The notes: generated from the sequence alone by a model not told the origin. A stretch of DNA of 60,878 nucleotides from Candidatus Aerophobetes bacterium Ae_b3a (GCA_005223095.1 NJBQ01000004.1:1-60878); one strand, 5' to 3'; positions 38,463-48,982 are shown, numbered from the stretch's first letter. Numbers and translations: made by a program.

Positions 38463-38509
38463 ATATAGAACATTTTCTATATTATAATACAAATTTTTAT
38501 TATGTGCAA
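38463..38509 (-). promoter_or_regulatory. arsR promoter with palindromic operator
   Basis: TTGCAC-17-TATAAT on the minus strand; ATATAGAA-catt-TTCTATAT palindrome at 38463-38482. Confidence 0.7.
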
Positions 38510-38617
38510 CTTTTTCTTTTTGGGCTAGTTGAAATTTTTGCAACTTTTGCTATAATTGTCTATTCATAATTACCATATAGTAATTTGCCAAAAGGTCAAA
38601 GAAGGACATTGTAGAGC

Positions 38618-38667
38618 TTGACGACCTTCCAGCATTTAATTATAGTAAGATTGAAAACCATTATCAA
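38618..38667 (+). promoter_or_regulatory. sigma70 promoter followed by Fur/PerR-like box
   Basis: TTGACG-17-TATAGT then TTGAAAACCATTATCAA (38651-38667). Confidence 0.7.
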
Positions 38668-38750
38668 TTAGAGATAGAAGAAGAAGTAAAGGAAAACAGA
38701 TTGCAGAGAGATGATTCTTCGACTAATCAGGATAATATGAAGGAGAGAAT

Positions 38751-39086
38751 ATGTCAGAGATAATTTCTTTAAACGAACAAAGCTGGAAGGATGAGGTTAC
38801 AAATTCAGAGCTTCCTGTAATAGTTGATTTTTGGGCTGAGTGGTGTGCTCCCTGCCGTATGATGGCACCAGTATTAGAAGAGATTAGCAAGGAATATGAG
38901 GGAAAGATTAAAGTGGGAAAACTAAATGTTGATGAAAACTCTACCGTTGCTGGAGAATATCGTATTATGGGAATTCCTACTCTTTTGTTTTTCCGCAGCG
39001 GGAAGCTGGTTGATAGGGTAGTGGGGGTAGTCCCCAAAAAGGCTTTACAGGACAAAATAGAGACGATATTGAAGGAAGAGGTTTAG
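38751..39086 (+). CDS. trxA: thioredoxin
   Basis: VDFWAEWCAPC, GIPTL. Confidence 0.95.
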   Translation: MSEIISLNEQSWKDEVTNSELPVIVDFWAEWCAPCRMMAPVLEEISKEYEGKIKVGKLNVDENSTVAGEYRIMGIPTLLFFRSGKLVDRVVGVVPKKALQDKIETILKEEV

Positions 39087-39089
39087 ACG

Positions 39090-39548
39090 TTGAAGGATGA
39101 AGGTAAGATGAAATACGAAAACCGAATCTCCTCTGAACTTGAAGCAAAAGCAAGGAAAGCAGTGGGGAAGACTTTCGACCCTTCTGTTATTGATCGCTCT
39201 ATCCTTGAAACCTTTCCTTACCAGTATCATTATCGCCCTATCCATATGGAGCATGCTACCGACGAATTCACCTGCGTTTGTCCTTTTTCTGGACTTCCGG
39301 ATCAGGCCACCCTTACCGTCAAGTATATACCTGGTGAATTGTGCATAGAATTAAAATCTTTAAAGTACTATTTTTACTCCTTCCGTCAGGTGAAAATATT
39401 CCACGAGCACGTAGTCAATAAAATTCTGGAGGATTTGGTAGCTGTACTGGATCCTGTAGAGATGACTATTGAGGCCAAATTCGCTCTTAGGGGAGGCATA
39501 GCTAGTACAGCTATCGCTACCTATAAGAAAGAAGAGAAAAAAGGGTAG
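39090..39548 (+). CDS. queF: preQ1 synthase (7-cyano-7-deazaguanine reductase)
   Basis: EFTCVCPFSGLPD, ELKSLKYY, FHE, RGG. Confidence 0.93.
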   Translation: MKDEGKMKYENRISSELEAKARKAVGKTFDPSVIDRSILETFPYQYHYRPIHMEHATDEFTCVCPFSGLPDQATLTVKYIPGELCIELKSLKYYFYSFRQVKIFHEHVVNKILEDLVAVLDPVEMTIEAKFALRGGIASTAIATYKKEEKKG

Positions 39549-39585
39549 GGAGAGATAGTGTGACCCAAGCTGGAAGGAGAAAAAG

Positions 39586-40353
39586 ATGAGAACAATAGTT
39601 TCTACGGGAAGAGGTGGAACAGGAAAAACTACTTTTATTGCTTTATTGACCAAATATTGGATAAAGAAGAAATCTTTGCTCCTTGTGGATACGGACCCTG
39701 ACGAGAATTTGGCAGAGATGGTAGGAATAGACTTGCAAAAAGAAGGAATAAAAACTATCTCAGACATACTCTTTGATATCCAGAAGGGAAAAGTAGATGA
39801 GGAGTTAAAATCATTGCCTAGGCCAGTTCAAATTGAATATATGTTTCATCTTTGCTTGTATGAAGGAGATGGCTTTGATTTATTTTCCTTAGGAGCAAAA
39901 TGGACAGAAGGGTGTTATTGCCAGCCGAATAATATTCTGAAGTCGATTATTCCCAAATTATCAAAGAACTATGACTGTACTCTCATCGACTCACCAGCGG
40001 GTTTGGAACATCTAAATAGAAGAATAATGTCGGAGATAGATAGTATAGTTGCCATAGTTGATCCATCAAAAAAATCTTTCCATAATGTGAGAAGGTCCTT
40101 GGGAGTTGTCAGAGAAATCGGAATCAAATTCAAGGATTTCTATATTGTTTCCAATTATAAATTCTCTGATAGTCTAGAAGAATCAATCAAAAAACTGGGA
40201 TTGAAATATATAGGCAAGATGGATTATGATGATAATGTTGAAGGATATATTTTAGAGGGAAAATCTTTACTTGGTCTACCAGAGGATTCCCCTGCCTTTC
40301 TTTCTGTTAAGAAGATCATAGAGGATTGGGAGACTCAGGAGAACCAGGTTTAA
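39586..40353 (+). CDS. cooC: CooC/AcsF-like nickel-insertion ATPase
   Basis: GRGGTGKT, DTDPD.NL, GCYC, D.PAGLEHL.R. Confidence 0.85.
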   Translation: MRTIVSTGRGGTGKTTFIALLTKYWIKKKSLLLVDTDPDENLAEMVGIDLQKEGIKTISDILFDIQKGKVDEELKSLPRPVQIEYMFHLCLYEGDGFDLFSLGAKWTEGCYCQPNNILKSIIPKLSKNYDCTLIDSPAGLEHLNRRIMSEIDSIVAIVDPSKKSFHNVRRSLGVVREIGIKFKDFYIVSNYKFSDSLEESIKKLGLKYIGKMDYDDNVEGYILEGKSLLGLPEDSPAFLSVKKIIEDWETQENQV

Positions 40354-40384
40354 GAAGGGATAAACATAGACTAAGGAAGGCTAT

Positions 40385-42346
40385 ATGAAGAAAAAGGTCA
40401 AGGTGATCTTCTATCCCAAAGAAAAGATAGTTGAAGTAGACAAGGGAACGAATCTATGGGAAGCAGCTAATCAGGCAGGAGTACACATTAACAGTGTCTG
40501 TGGAGGAGATGGGATTTGTGGAAAGTGTCGCCTTATTTTAAAGAAGGGAGCGGTGCAGACAAAATCTACCACCCTGCTAACTAGAGATGAAGTTAAAAAA
40601 GGTTATATTCTTGCCTGCCAGACTAGGGTAGAAGAAGATGTGATAGTAGAGGTTCCTGTCGAATCGAGGCAGAAAAAAAGGAAAATATTGGTGGATAAAG
40701 ATGCTGGTCGTTTTCGAGCCCTTCATCCTTCTCTTAAGGAAAAGGTTCCTTTCAAATACAAACCTTTAGTGCAAAAAATGTATCTGGCACTGGCTCGACC
40801 CTCTATTCATGATAATCTGTCTGACCATGTGCGCCTTTATCGCTATATCCAGCGAAAAAAGAAGATTCCTGTAATGCAGAGTGGTCTTAAGGTAATACGT
40901 TCTTTACCAGAGCTCTTGCGAAAAAATGACTGGAAAATAACAGTAACTCTGGGGATGAGGGGAGGAACAATAGAGGTTATTCAGTTGGAAGGAGGAGATA
41001 CCACAGGGGAAAATTATGCTGTAGTAATTGATGTTGGAACTTCTACAGTGGTAGCTCATCTGATAGACTTAAATACCTGTGAGACTATAGACGCTGAGGC
41101 TACCTATAATTCCCAAAAGGTTTATGGTGAGGAAGTTACCCGACGGATAATTTATGCCGAGCAGAACAGATTAGATAAGTTAAGGGAGGTCGTAGTTAGT
41201 GATATAAACAATCTTATTACTGCCCTGGTTACTAGAAGCAAAGTAAGATTAAATGATATTATGGCCATTCTCTGTGCTGGAAATACCGCTATGGTCCATT
41301 TTCTTCTAGGATTCAATCCTTCCCGGATAAGGAAAGAACCTTATATTCCCGTTTGTATTTCTCCTCCTCCTATTAGAGCTGTCGAAATAGGAGTAAAGGT
41401 TAATCCACGTGGTCTTCTTTATTGTCTTCCCAGTATAGCTAGTTGGGTAGGGGCAGACATTACGGCTGGTATTCTAGCTACAGGTCTTTACCGGGCCAAG
41501 GATTTGACTATGCTTATAGATATAGGGACAAATGGGGAGATTGTTATTGGCAACAGGGAGTGGATGGTTTGTTGTTCTGCTTCTGCTGGTCCGGCCTTTG
41601 AGGGAAGTGGGGTAAAGTGTGGAATGAGGGCAGCTGAGGGAGCCATAGAGAAGGTGAGTATTAGGTCAGGAAAGGATATTAAATATACCACTATAGGTGA
41701 TAGCAGACCGATGGGAATATGTGGCTCGGGATTGATTGATCTCATAGCTGAGTTGTTTACCGCTGGTTTTATTGATAGGTCGGGAAGGCTGGACCTTTCT
41801 AGAGATAAGAGAATTAGAGAAAGAGATGGAGAGGCAGAATTTGTTTTGGTTCCTGCTCAGCATTCAGCAACAGGAGAGGACATAGTAATTACCCAGCCGG
41901 ATATTGATAGTTTGGTCAGGGCGAAAGCGGCTATTTTTGCCGCGGTAAATATACTGATTGGCTCACTTAATTTAGAATTCGAGGATATAAGAATAATATA
42001 TTTGGCCGGGGGGTTCGGAAATTACCTTGACAGAAAGAAAGCTCTTACTATAGGCCTCATACCAGATTTGCCTTTAGAGAGAATTCAGTTTGTGGGAAAC
42101 ACCTCTATTATGGGAGCAAAGATAGCTATGCTCTCACAGGAGGCTTTAGAGACATGCTATGAAATCAGTCGAAAAATAACTTATTATGACCTTATCACTC
42201 ATTCTAATTATATGGATGAATTCATGTCAGCTAAATTTTTACCTCATACTGACCTGGATAAGTTTCCTGATGTATCGGTTCTAAAGATCGGTAGTGTCAA
42301 GAATTGTATGATGAATATGAAAAATAAAAATCTAGGAGGAGATTAA
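40385..42346 (+). CDS. ASKHA-domain reductive activator of corrinoid proteins (RACo/AcsV-like)
   Basis: 2Fe-2S CGG.G.CGKC, DVGTST, DIGTNGE, AGPAFEG, LAGGFG. Confidence 0.92.
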   Translation: MKKKVKVIFYPKEKIVEVDKGTNLWEAANQAGVHINSVCGGDGICGKCRLILKKGAVQTKSTTLLTRDEVKKGYILACQTRVEEDVIVEVPVESRQKKRKILVDKDAGRFRALHPSLKEKVPFKYKPLVQKMYLALARPSIHDNLSDHVRLYRYIQRKKKIPVMQSGLKVIRSLPELLRKNDWKITVTLGMRGGTIEVIQLEGGDTTGENYAVVIDVGTSTVVAHLIDLNTCETIDAEATYNSQKVYGEEVTRRIIYAEQNRLDKLREVVVSDINNLITALVTRSKVRLNDIMAILCAGNTAMVHFLLGFNPSRIRKEPYIPVCISPPPIRAVEIGVKVNPRGLLYCLPSIASWVGADITAGILATGLYRAKDLTMLIDIGTNGEIVIGNREWMVCCSASAGPAFEGSGVKCGMRAAEGAIEKVSIRSGKDIKYTTIGDSRPMGICGSGLIDLIAELFTAGFIDRSGRLDLSRDKRIRERDGEAEFVLVPAQHSATGEDIVITQPDIDSLVRAKAAIFAAVNILIGSLNLEFEDIRIIYLAGGFGNYLDRKKALTIGLIPDLPLERIQFVGNTSIMGAKIAMLSQEALETCYEISRKITYYDLITHSNYMDEFMSAKFLPHTDLDKFPDVSVLKIGSVKNCMMNMKNKNLGGD

Positions 42347-42348
42347 GA

Positions 42349-43458
42349 GTGAGAAGCAAGGTCTATTTTAGCAGAGCAAGAGCTCAATCCGGAGAGGCCA
42401 GTCTTTTAAATAAGACAGGCAAGCTTTTTAAAGAAGCAGGTTTCGATAAGATTATGAAAGAGGATGACCTGGTAGCCATTAAGCTTCATTTTGGCGAGGG
42501 AGGTAATACCAGGTTTATTAGACCTATTTATATAAGGGAAGTCGTGGAGCAAGTTAAGAAAATGAAGGCCAAGCCATTCCTGACCGATGCCAATACTCTT
42601 TATCGAGGGACGAGGAAGAATGCTGTAGACCATTTGAATACAGCTATTGGTAATGGTTTTTCCTATGCTACAATTGGTGCACCGATTATTATTGCTGATG
42701 GACTCAAAGGGAAGAGTTTTAGCGAAGTGAGAATTGACAAAAAGCATATCAAGAGTGCAAAAATAAGCAATGAAATTTATTATGCTGATGCTCTCATTGC
42801 GGTAACTCACTTCAAAGGACATGAGGGGACAGGCATGGCAGGTTCAATGAAGAATTTGGGTATGGGGGCGGCTAGCCCCGCCGGCAAACAAGTACAGCAT
42901 GCCGGCGTGCTTCCTTCCGTAAATAAAAACGTATGCATAGGATGTGCCAAATGTAAAAAATGGTGTCCGGCAGAGGCTATAACCATAGAGAACAAAAAGT
43001 CATTTATACATTCTGAGAAATGTATAGGCTGCATGGAATGTGTCACCGTCTGCCCAACTGGTGCTATTTCTATTATGTGGGATGAGTCCACCAGGAATCT
43101 ACAGGAGAAGATGGTTGAATATGCCTATGCAGTTTTAGAAAATAAGCAGGATAAAGCTGGTTTCTTTAGCTTCGTAATGGATGTTACACCAGATTGTGAC
43201 TGTTGTAACTGGAGTGATGTAAGTATAGTGCCTGATATTGGCATTCTGGCATCCAGGGACCCTGTGGCAATTGAACAGGCTTCATTCGATCTGGTGAATG
43301 CTCAGGAAGGATTAAAAGGTACAGCTTTGAAGAATGCATTTTCATCAGGAAAAGATAAGTTCAGGGCCTTACATCCCGAAGTAGAGGGCTACTTGCAGAT
43401 TGATTATGCGGAAAGGTTGGGTTTGGGGAGCAAAAGATATGATCTGGTGGAAATTTGA
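42349..43458 (+). CDS. DUF362 protein with 2x[4Fe-4S] insert
   Basis: KLHFGE.GN, THFKGH, CIGC..C...CP twice, CDC. Confidence 0.9.
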   Translation: MRSKVYFSRARAQSGEASLLNKTGKLFKEAGFDKIMKEDDLVAIKLHFGEGGNTRFIRPIYIREVVEQVKKMKAKPFLTDANTLYRGTRKNAVDHLNTAIGNGFSYATIGAPIIIADGLKGKSFSEVRIDKKHIKSAKISNEIYYADALIAVTHFKGHEGTGMAGSMKNLGMGAASPAGKQVQHAGVLPSVNKNVCIGCAKCKKWCPAEAITIENKKSFIHSEKCIGCMECVTVCPTGAISIMWDESTRNLQEKMVEYAYAVLENKQDKAGFFSFVMDVTPDCDCCNWSDVSIVPDIGILASRDPVAIEQASFDLVNAQEGLKGTALKNAFSSGKDKFRALHPEVEGYLQIDYAERLGLGSKRYDLVEI

Positions 43459-43492
43459 TTAGTTCATTGGCCTATGAACAAGGTGATAGACT

Positions 43493-44425
43493 ATGAGTCA
43501 GATATTTGGACCAGTACCCTCTAGAAGACTGGGATTTTCTCTGGGTATAGACACAGTCCCCTATAAAACCTGTAGCCTTGATTGTATCTATTGTCAAGTG
43601 GGCAGGACCACCAATAAGACTATTAAGAGGAAAGAATATATATCTTGCCATGATATTCTGCCTGGAATAGAGGAGATTCTTCTTAAACAGAAAGAAAGGA
43701 TTGATTATATTACCTTTTCCGGTTCTGGGGAGCCCACCTTGAATTCCAGGATGAAAACGATAATCAATAGTATCAAGAAATTAGCCTCTATTCCCATAGC
43801 CGTATTAACTAATGGAACTCTTCTCTTTCAACCAGAAACACGGGAAGAGCTGATGGAAGCAGATTTAGTTATTCCTTCTCTGGATGCAGTAAGCGAGGAA
43901 GTATTTAAGAAGGTAAATCGTCCTCATCAGTCACTGAGAATTGATAAAATAATAGATGGATTAAGTGATTTTTCTCAGGAGTTCAAGGGGAAAATCTGGT
44001 TGGAGATTATGATAGTGAAAGGAACAAACGATTCTCCCCAGGAGATAAAGAGGATGGCTAAGGCAATTGAGAAAATAAAACTGGATAAGATTCAATTAAA
44101 TACTGTTGTTCGTCCTCCAGTAGAAGAATTCGCTCAGCCTGTTAACTTAGAGGATTTAAAGAAGATAAGGAGGACTCTAGGGGAAAAGTGTGAAATTATA
44201 GCTGAATTTAAGAGACCAAATCAAGAATTTTATAGGGAGGATATAGAGAAAGGGATATTAACTATGGTTAAGAGACGTCCGGTTACACTGCTTGATATTT
44301 CTCGTGCCTCAGGAATACATCAGAATGAGGCAATAAAATACCTGAATATACTAAAAAAAGAAGACCAAATATTGACTAAAGTTTACAGAGGAAGAAGATA
44401 CTACTCCAAAAAAAACAGCGTATAG
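43493..44425 (+). CDS. radical SAM protein (Tyw1-like family)
   Basis: FGPVPSRRLG.SLG, CSLDCIYC, FSGSGEPTL. Confidence 0.9.
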   Translation: MSQIFGPVPSRRLGFSLGIDTVPYKTCSLDCIYCQVGRTTNKTIKRKEYISCHDILPGIEEILLKQKERIDYITFSGSGEPTLNSRMKTIINSIKKLASIPIAVLTNGTLLFQPETREELMEADLVIPSLDAVSEEVFKKVNRPHQSLRIDKIIDGLSDFSQEFKGKIWLEIMIVKGTNDSPQEIKRMAKAIEKIKLDKIQLNTVVRPPVEEFAQPVNLEDLKKIRRTLGEKCEIIAEFKRPNQEFYREDIEKGILTMVKRRPVTLLDISRASGIHQNEAIKYLNILKKEDQILTKVYRGRRYYSKKNSV

Positions 44426-44538
44426 CATTTAGTTAATTGTTCATAGTTCATTGTTCATCGATAAAATCAGCACTTTCCTCTCCCTTTTGGGGAGAGGATT
44501 AAGGAATTGCTCTAAGATATTACTGGAGGTGATGGAAT

Positions 44539-44985
44539 ATGCGTGGTCCTCCTTGGTGGCGAGGAAAATTGAAGGATGCTGGGTTCAGGTTAACTCTACC
44601 TCGACAGATTATCCTGAATGTTTTAACTACAACTCCTAAACACTTAAGTGCGGAGGAGATATTCCTCCTGGTTCATAAAAAGTATCCGGGGATTGGTCTG
44701 GCTACTGTCTATCGTACTCTGGATCTATTAACCGACATGAATCTTATTAGCAAATTTGATTTTGGCGACGGGAGGAGTCGTTATGAGCTAATAGGTCGAT
44801 CTCGCAAGGGATACCATCATCATCTGGTTTGTGTCGGATGTGGACGGATAGTTAATTTTAGTGATTTTGCTGAGAGAGAGAGAAGCTTTATCCAGAACCT
44901 AGAGATTGAACTATCTCAGAGATATAAATTCAAAATAGATTCTCACCGAATTTACTTTTACGGAGTATGCAAGGACTGTCAGTAA
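44539..44985 (+). CDS. Fur-family transcriptional regulator
   Basis: HLSAEEI, ATVYRTL, HHHLVC..C, C..C. Confidence 0.93.
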   Translation: MRGPPWWRGKLKDAGFRLTLPRQIILNVLTTTPKHLSAEEIFLLVHKKYPGIGLATVYRTLDLLTDMNLISKFDFGDGRSRYELIGRSRKGYHHHLVCVGCGRIVNFSDFAERERSFIQNLEIELSQRYKFKIDSHRIYFYGVCKDCQ

Positions 44986-45186
44986 GTTCTGATGATATTC
45001 TGTTTGGCAGAAAGGTGACTAAATAGATAAGATATATTTAGGTGTAGGAATTTCAAAGAATTTTATAAATGGTATGTAGGGTAAAAGGAAAAGTTCTCTC
45101 TCCCTAAGGGGAAAGGGCGGGGGGTGAGATACGAGATACGAGATATGCCGAGCCTAGCGAGGCGTATCTTGGCAGGAGGATAAAGA

Positions 45187-45399
45187 ATGCGGGAGTGCAG
45201 TATAAAACAGAATAAGAAAAGGTGTAATTGCAGCTATGAGCCCTGCAGTAGAAATGGAATTTGCTGTGAGTGTATCACTTATCACTGGGAGATGGGAGAA
45301 TTACCAGCCTGTTTTTTCCCCGATGATATAGAAAGAACCTACGATCGTTCTGTTGAAAAATTTATTAAGACTTATCAGGAAAGAGGGCGCTGGTGGTAA
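45187..45399 (+). CDS. small Cys-rich protein (DUF6485-like)
   Basis: C.CSY.PC.R.G.CCEC..YH...LPACFF; GGAGG RBS. Confidence 0.75.
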   Translation: MRECSIKQNKKRCNCSYEPCSRNGICCECITYHWEMGELPACFFPDDIERTYDRSVEKFIKTYQERGRWW

Positions 45400-45562
45400 A
45401 ATCGTGAATCGTGAATAGTGAATCGCAAACAAGGAAATAAATGATTGTAGGGTTTGGTTGACAATTCACGATTCACCAGCCCTGTTGTGCGTGATGCGTA
45501 TTGCGCAATACAATATACGATATACGCAATACGAAATACGATTCACGAAATACCGCTCACGA
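45400..45562. repeat. composite heptamer repeat (tcgtgaa/ttcacga/atacgca)
   Basis: inverted heptamer arms; segments shared with 197-261, 375-395 and 37895-37975. Confidence 0.85.
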
Positions 45563-45599
45563 AAATTATCCTGAGCTGTTCCTTAAAAGGACATAATTA

Positions 45600-46373
45600 A
45601 TGATTACTTTAAAGTCAAAAGAAGAATTGGAATTACTTAGAGAAGCCGGGCAAATTGTGGCAGAGGTTCTGGGAGAATTGCGAGAGGTTATTATTACAAA
45701 TTCAGGAACAACTACACAGGAACTCGACCGTTTAGCGGAGAGCCTGATATTGAAACGGGGAGCTAAGCCAGCTTTTAAGGGATATCGTGGATTCCCCTCT
45801 TCTTTATGTACTTCCATTAATGAACAAGTTGTTCATGGTATCCCCGGGTCTTATAGATTACGTTCAGGTGATATTATAAGCCTCGATTTGGGAGTGAGGT
45901 TTAATGGATACTATGGTGATGCAGCTGTCACTGTGATTGTAGGCAAGGTAAGCGATGAAGTAAAGAAATTATTGCAAATTACCGAAGGGGCACTATACAG
46001 AGGAATCAAACAGGCAAAGGTGGGAAACAAGCTCTCTGATATTTCTTATGCTATCCAATCTTATGTAGAGAAAAATGGATTTTCTGTAGTAAGAGCTCTC
46101 GTCGGTCACGGGATTGGAAAAGCTCTCCACGAAGAACCGGCAGTGCCTAATTTTGGCAAACCTCACCAGGGTCCCCTCCTTAAAAAAGGAATGACATTAG
46201 CAATTGAGCCAATGGTTAATACAAAAAGCTTTGAGGTCAAAGTAAAAGAGGATAACTGGACAGTGGTAACAGCAGACGGTAAACCTTCTGCTCATTTCGA
46301 ACATACCATTGCTATAATGAAAAACGAGCCAGAAATATTAACATTAACTAAACAAAAGAAAAGAGAAGTGTGA
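45600..46373 (+). CDS. map: type I methionine aminopeptidase
   Basis: VVHGIP, D.G...GYYGD, GHGIG..LHE, AIEPM, SAHFEHT. Confidence 0.96.
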   Translation: MITLKSKEELELLREAGQIVAEVLGELREVIITNSGTTTQELDRLAESLILKRGAKPAFKGYRGFPSSLCTSINEQVVHGIPGSYRLRSGDIISLDLGVRFNGYYGDAAVTVIVGKVSDEVKKLLQITEGALYRGIKQAKVGNKLSDISYAIQSYVEKNGFSVVRALVGHGIGKALHEEPAVPNFGKPHQGPLLKKGMTLAIEPMVNTKSFEVKVKEDNWTVVTADGKPSAHFEHTIAIMKNEPEILTLTKQKKREV

Positions 46374-47290
46374 AACATAACGGCAGGCGTTATTATCCGT
46401 TCAGTCAGTTTTTGAAGGAAAGGTTCGGCTGTAAGGTTTATAAATTACCTGTTGATGCTGGTTTTACCTGTCCCAATAGAGATGGCAAGATTGGTTACGG
46501 TGGTTGCACTTACTGTTATAACCCAAGTTTCAGCCCTCCCATCCTTTTACAAAAATCAAGTATTTCTCTCCAGGTTAAATATAGAAAAGCTTTGCTCAAA
46601 AGAAAAGGTAAAGTTAACAAATTTTTGGTCTATTTTCAATCCTATACAAATACCTACGCAAAGGTGAAGATTCTAAAGAGGCTGTATGATGAAGCTATTC
46701 AGGATAAGGACGTCATCGGCTTTTGTATCGGAACCAGACCTGACTGTGTTCCTGATGAAGTGCTTGACCTCATTGAAAGTTATGCCCAGAATTACCATAT
46801 CTGGCTCGAATATGGACTCCAATCAATGCATGATGAGACACTTTTAAGAATTAGGAGGGGTCATAATTTTGCTCAGTTTGGAGATGCAGTTAAGCGAACG
46901 CAGGGTAGGAATATCTTTATTTGCGTTCATATTATTCTGGGTCTACCGGGTGAGGCAAAAGAAGACATCCTCAAAACAACTAGGGCGCTAGTCAGAATGG
47001 GAATTGATGGAATTAAGCTCCACCACCTCCAAGTTATAAAGAATACAAGGATAGCTAGAGAATTTAGCAAAGGAGAATTTAAGGTTCTTTCTTTAGAAGA
47101 CTATATAAAACTTGTTTGCGATGTGCTTGAATTGCTTCCGGCCAGGATTGCTATCCAACGACTGGTAGGAGAAGTTCTTCAAGATAAGATGCTTGTCGCC
47201 CCCCGCTGGAATCTCAATAAACATAAGGTTCTCTCTGCTATTGACCAGGAGTTTGTAGATAGGGGTTCTTTCCAGGGCTCAAAGTTTGAT
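46296..47290 (+). repeat. 995-bp direct repeat, left copy (right copy 55873-56866)
   Basis: both run from ttcgaacatacc to caaagtttgat; the differences I could see lie in the 5' half. Confidence 0.95.
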
Positions 47291-47320
47291 GAGGCTGATG
47301 GAAGTGAAAGAAAGTGCTAA
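46370..47320 (+). CDS. TIGR01212 (YhcC/YtqA-like) radical SAM protein, copy 1
   Basis: DAGFTCPNRDG..G.GGCTYC, YFQSYTNTY, GTRPDC. Confidence 0.93.
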   Translation: MKHNGRRYYPFSQFLKERFGCKVYKLPVDAGFTCPNRDGKIGYGGCTYCYNPSFSPPILLQKSSISLQVKYRKALLKRKGKVNKFLVYFQSYTNTYAKVKILKRLYDEAIQDKDVIGFCIGTRPDCVPDEVLDLIESYAQNYHIWLEYGLQSMHDETLLRIRRGHNFAQFGDAVKRTQGRNIFICVHIILGLPGEAKEDILKTTRALVRMGIDGIKLHHLQVIKNTRIAREFSKGEFKVLSLEDYIKLVCDVLELLPARIAIQRLVGEVLQDKMLVAPRWNLNKHKVLSAIDQEFVDRGSFQGSKFDEADGSERKC

Positions 47321-47458
47321 ACGGAAAAATAACTTTTGAGTTTCCGAAAGAACTCGCGGCAAGGAAAAGTTTGCACCTCTCTCGATAGATCCTGGGGGTA
47401 CATATTTGACCCAGAGTTCTCGATAATATCTCTTAGAGGTGTTAGTCATATTGCTCTT

Positions 47459-47719
47459 TCATGGAATCACAACTACTTTAGCGCATTCTTCTGTTTTTGC
47501 CTGTTCCAAGGCCTCTCGGATATTAGCTAGAGGAAATTTGTGAGTAACAATTCTTTTTATGCCAATTTTTTTATGATAGCTTTCCAATACTCGTAAAGCA
47601 GAGTCAAATTTTCTTGGTGCATATCCCCATCAGCAATAGGAGGGACTTCATACTCTTTTATTTCTATTCTTCCTTCTTTTTTTACCACTACAGCTTTGGT
47701 TCACAGTCTTTTCCTTCAC
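47459..47719 (-). pseudogene. internally deleted zinc-binding (MDR) dehydrogenase
   Basis: N-terminal KAVVVKKEGRIEIKEYEVPPIADGD joined to C-terminal IVTHKFPLANIREALEQAK...KVVVIP*. Confidence 0.75.
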
Positions 47720-47732
47720 TAAACATCAAAAG

Positions 47733-48071
47733 TTACTCCCACCAATCTTCCCTACTCTTACAGGGGTAGTCGATAATTTCAGGAGTAGTGGAGTAGTCTT
47801 TATGGTTGCGTCTAAGACCCCCATATGGAGTGGTAGTTACGATGTACTCTTCGTTTTCCTCCACTACCTTTACCGGAAAGCGAGGGGTAGTATCAGGGCG
47901 AAAAGAGACGATCTCATAGTCGAAGTACTCAGCTGGGGAGATATTTGTTGGAAGTCCTTCCCTATACCAGCGCTCGATAGTCGATGGCCAGGGATAATCG
48001 CAAATAGCCACTCTATCCCCCTCTTTGTGATTAAGTGCCATTAAGATTCGTTTCCGCGAAGTCAATCCCAT
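47733..48071 (-). pseudogene. uroporphyrinogen-decarboxylase/MtaA-family protein, N-terminal fragment
   Basis: MGLTSRKRILMALNHKEGDRVAI...DYPCKSREDW, then truncated. Confidence 0.75.
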
Positions 48072-48142
48072 TCTCCGTATGTTTAAAAAAGAACCACGTC
48101 CGTAAGAGCGTGGGTATCTATAAATTGTGTAGCTTTCAAACG

Positions 48143-48982
48143 CTACCCTTTCACGGCACCTAGTGTAATACCCGAGATGAAATGCTTTTGAAATATCAGG
48201 AAGAATACTATAAGTGGCAGTACAGCGACGGTACACCCGGCCAGAACAGCACCCCAGGGAGTATCGAATTCTTGAGCTGGAATAAGGTTCACTCCTAATA
48301 CAATCGTATACATATCGTAGGTGCGAAGCACAAGAAGAGGCCACAAGAAAGAATTCCATGAGAACATAAAATGCATTATTCCTAGGGCAACCAAAGCTGG
48401 TTTAATTATTGGTAAAATAATCTGGGAGTATGTTCTAAAATCACTACATCCATCTATTTTTGCTGCATCTATTACTTCATCGGGAACGGTAGCTATATAT
48501 TGTCTCATAAAGAAGATACCAAAAGCACTAGCAGAGCCAGGAATAATAACAGCATAATACGTATTGACCCACTTAAGAGCTTTTATAATAAGAAAGGATG
48601 GTATGATTCCTACTTCTACAGGGACCATCATCGTCGCCAGCAGAAAGAAAAATAGAAAGTATCGACCGGGGAAGTGATGTTTTGCGAAGGCAAATCCTGC
48701 CAGAGAGCAGAAAAACAAAGAAAGCAAGGTATAGCCACTTGCGATAATAATTGAATTGAAAAGCTCCCGCAAGAGAGGAATTGTGCTAAATACAAATCTG
48801 TAGTTTTCCAGAGTAGGATTTTTAGGAATTAATCTGAGTGTGGTGCTAAAAATCTCGTGCGGTGGTTTTAAAGATCCCGAAATCATCCAAAATAGAGGAA
48901 AAAGAGTAATAAATACCCCTATTATGAGCACCAAATGAGTTACTATCTTAAACAGGTAAGTCTTAAAATCAGTAAATAACAT
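48143..48982 (-). CDS. carbohydrate ABC transporter permease (MalG-like)
   Basis: EAA motif DAAKIDGCS, WNSFLWP, GITLGAVKG. Confidence 0.95.
   Translation of the reverse strand: MLFTDFKTYLFKIVTHLVLIIGVFITLFPLFWMISGSLKPPHEIFSTTLRLIPKNPTLENYRFVFSTIPLLRELFNSIIIASGYTLLSLFFCSLAGFAFAKHHFPGRYFLFFFLLATMMVPVEVGIIPSFLIIKALKWVNTYYAVIIPGSASAFGIFFMRQYIATVPDEVIDAAKIDGCSDFRTYSQIILPIIKPALVALGIMHFMFSWNSFLWPLLVLRTYDMYTIVLGVNLIPAQEFDTPWGAVLAGCTVAVLPLIVFFLIFQKHFISGITLGAVKG

Noticed and set aside
45400-45562. possible CRISPR array (also 56880-57085)
   Set aside because: Units are 7-mers with no constant 25-45 bp repeat plus unique spacers, and no cas genes are present
48072-48359. N-terminal part of the 208-aa ORF 47733-48359
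   Set aside because: Overlaps the permease out of frame; real homology begins at ATG 48071
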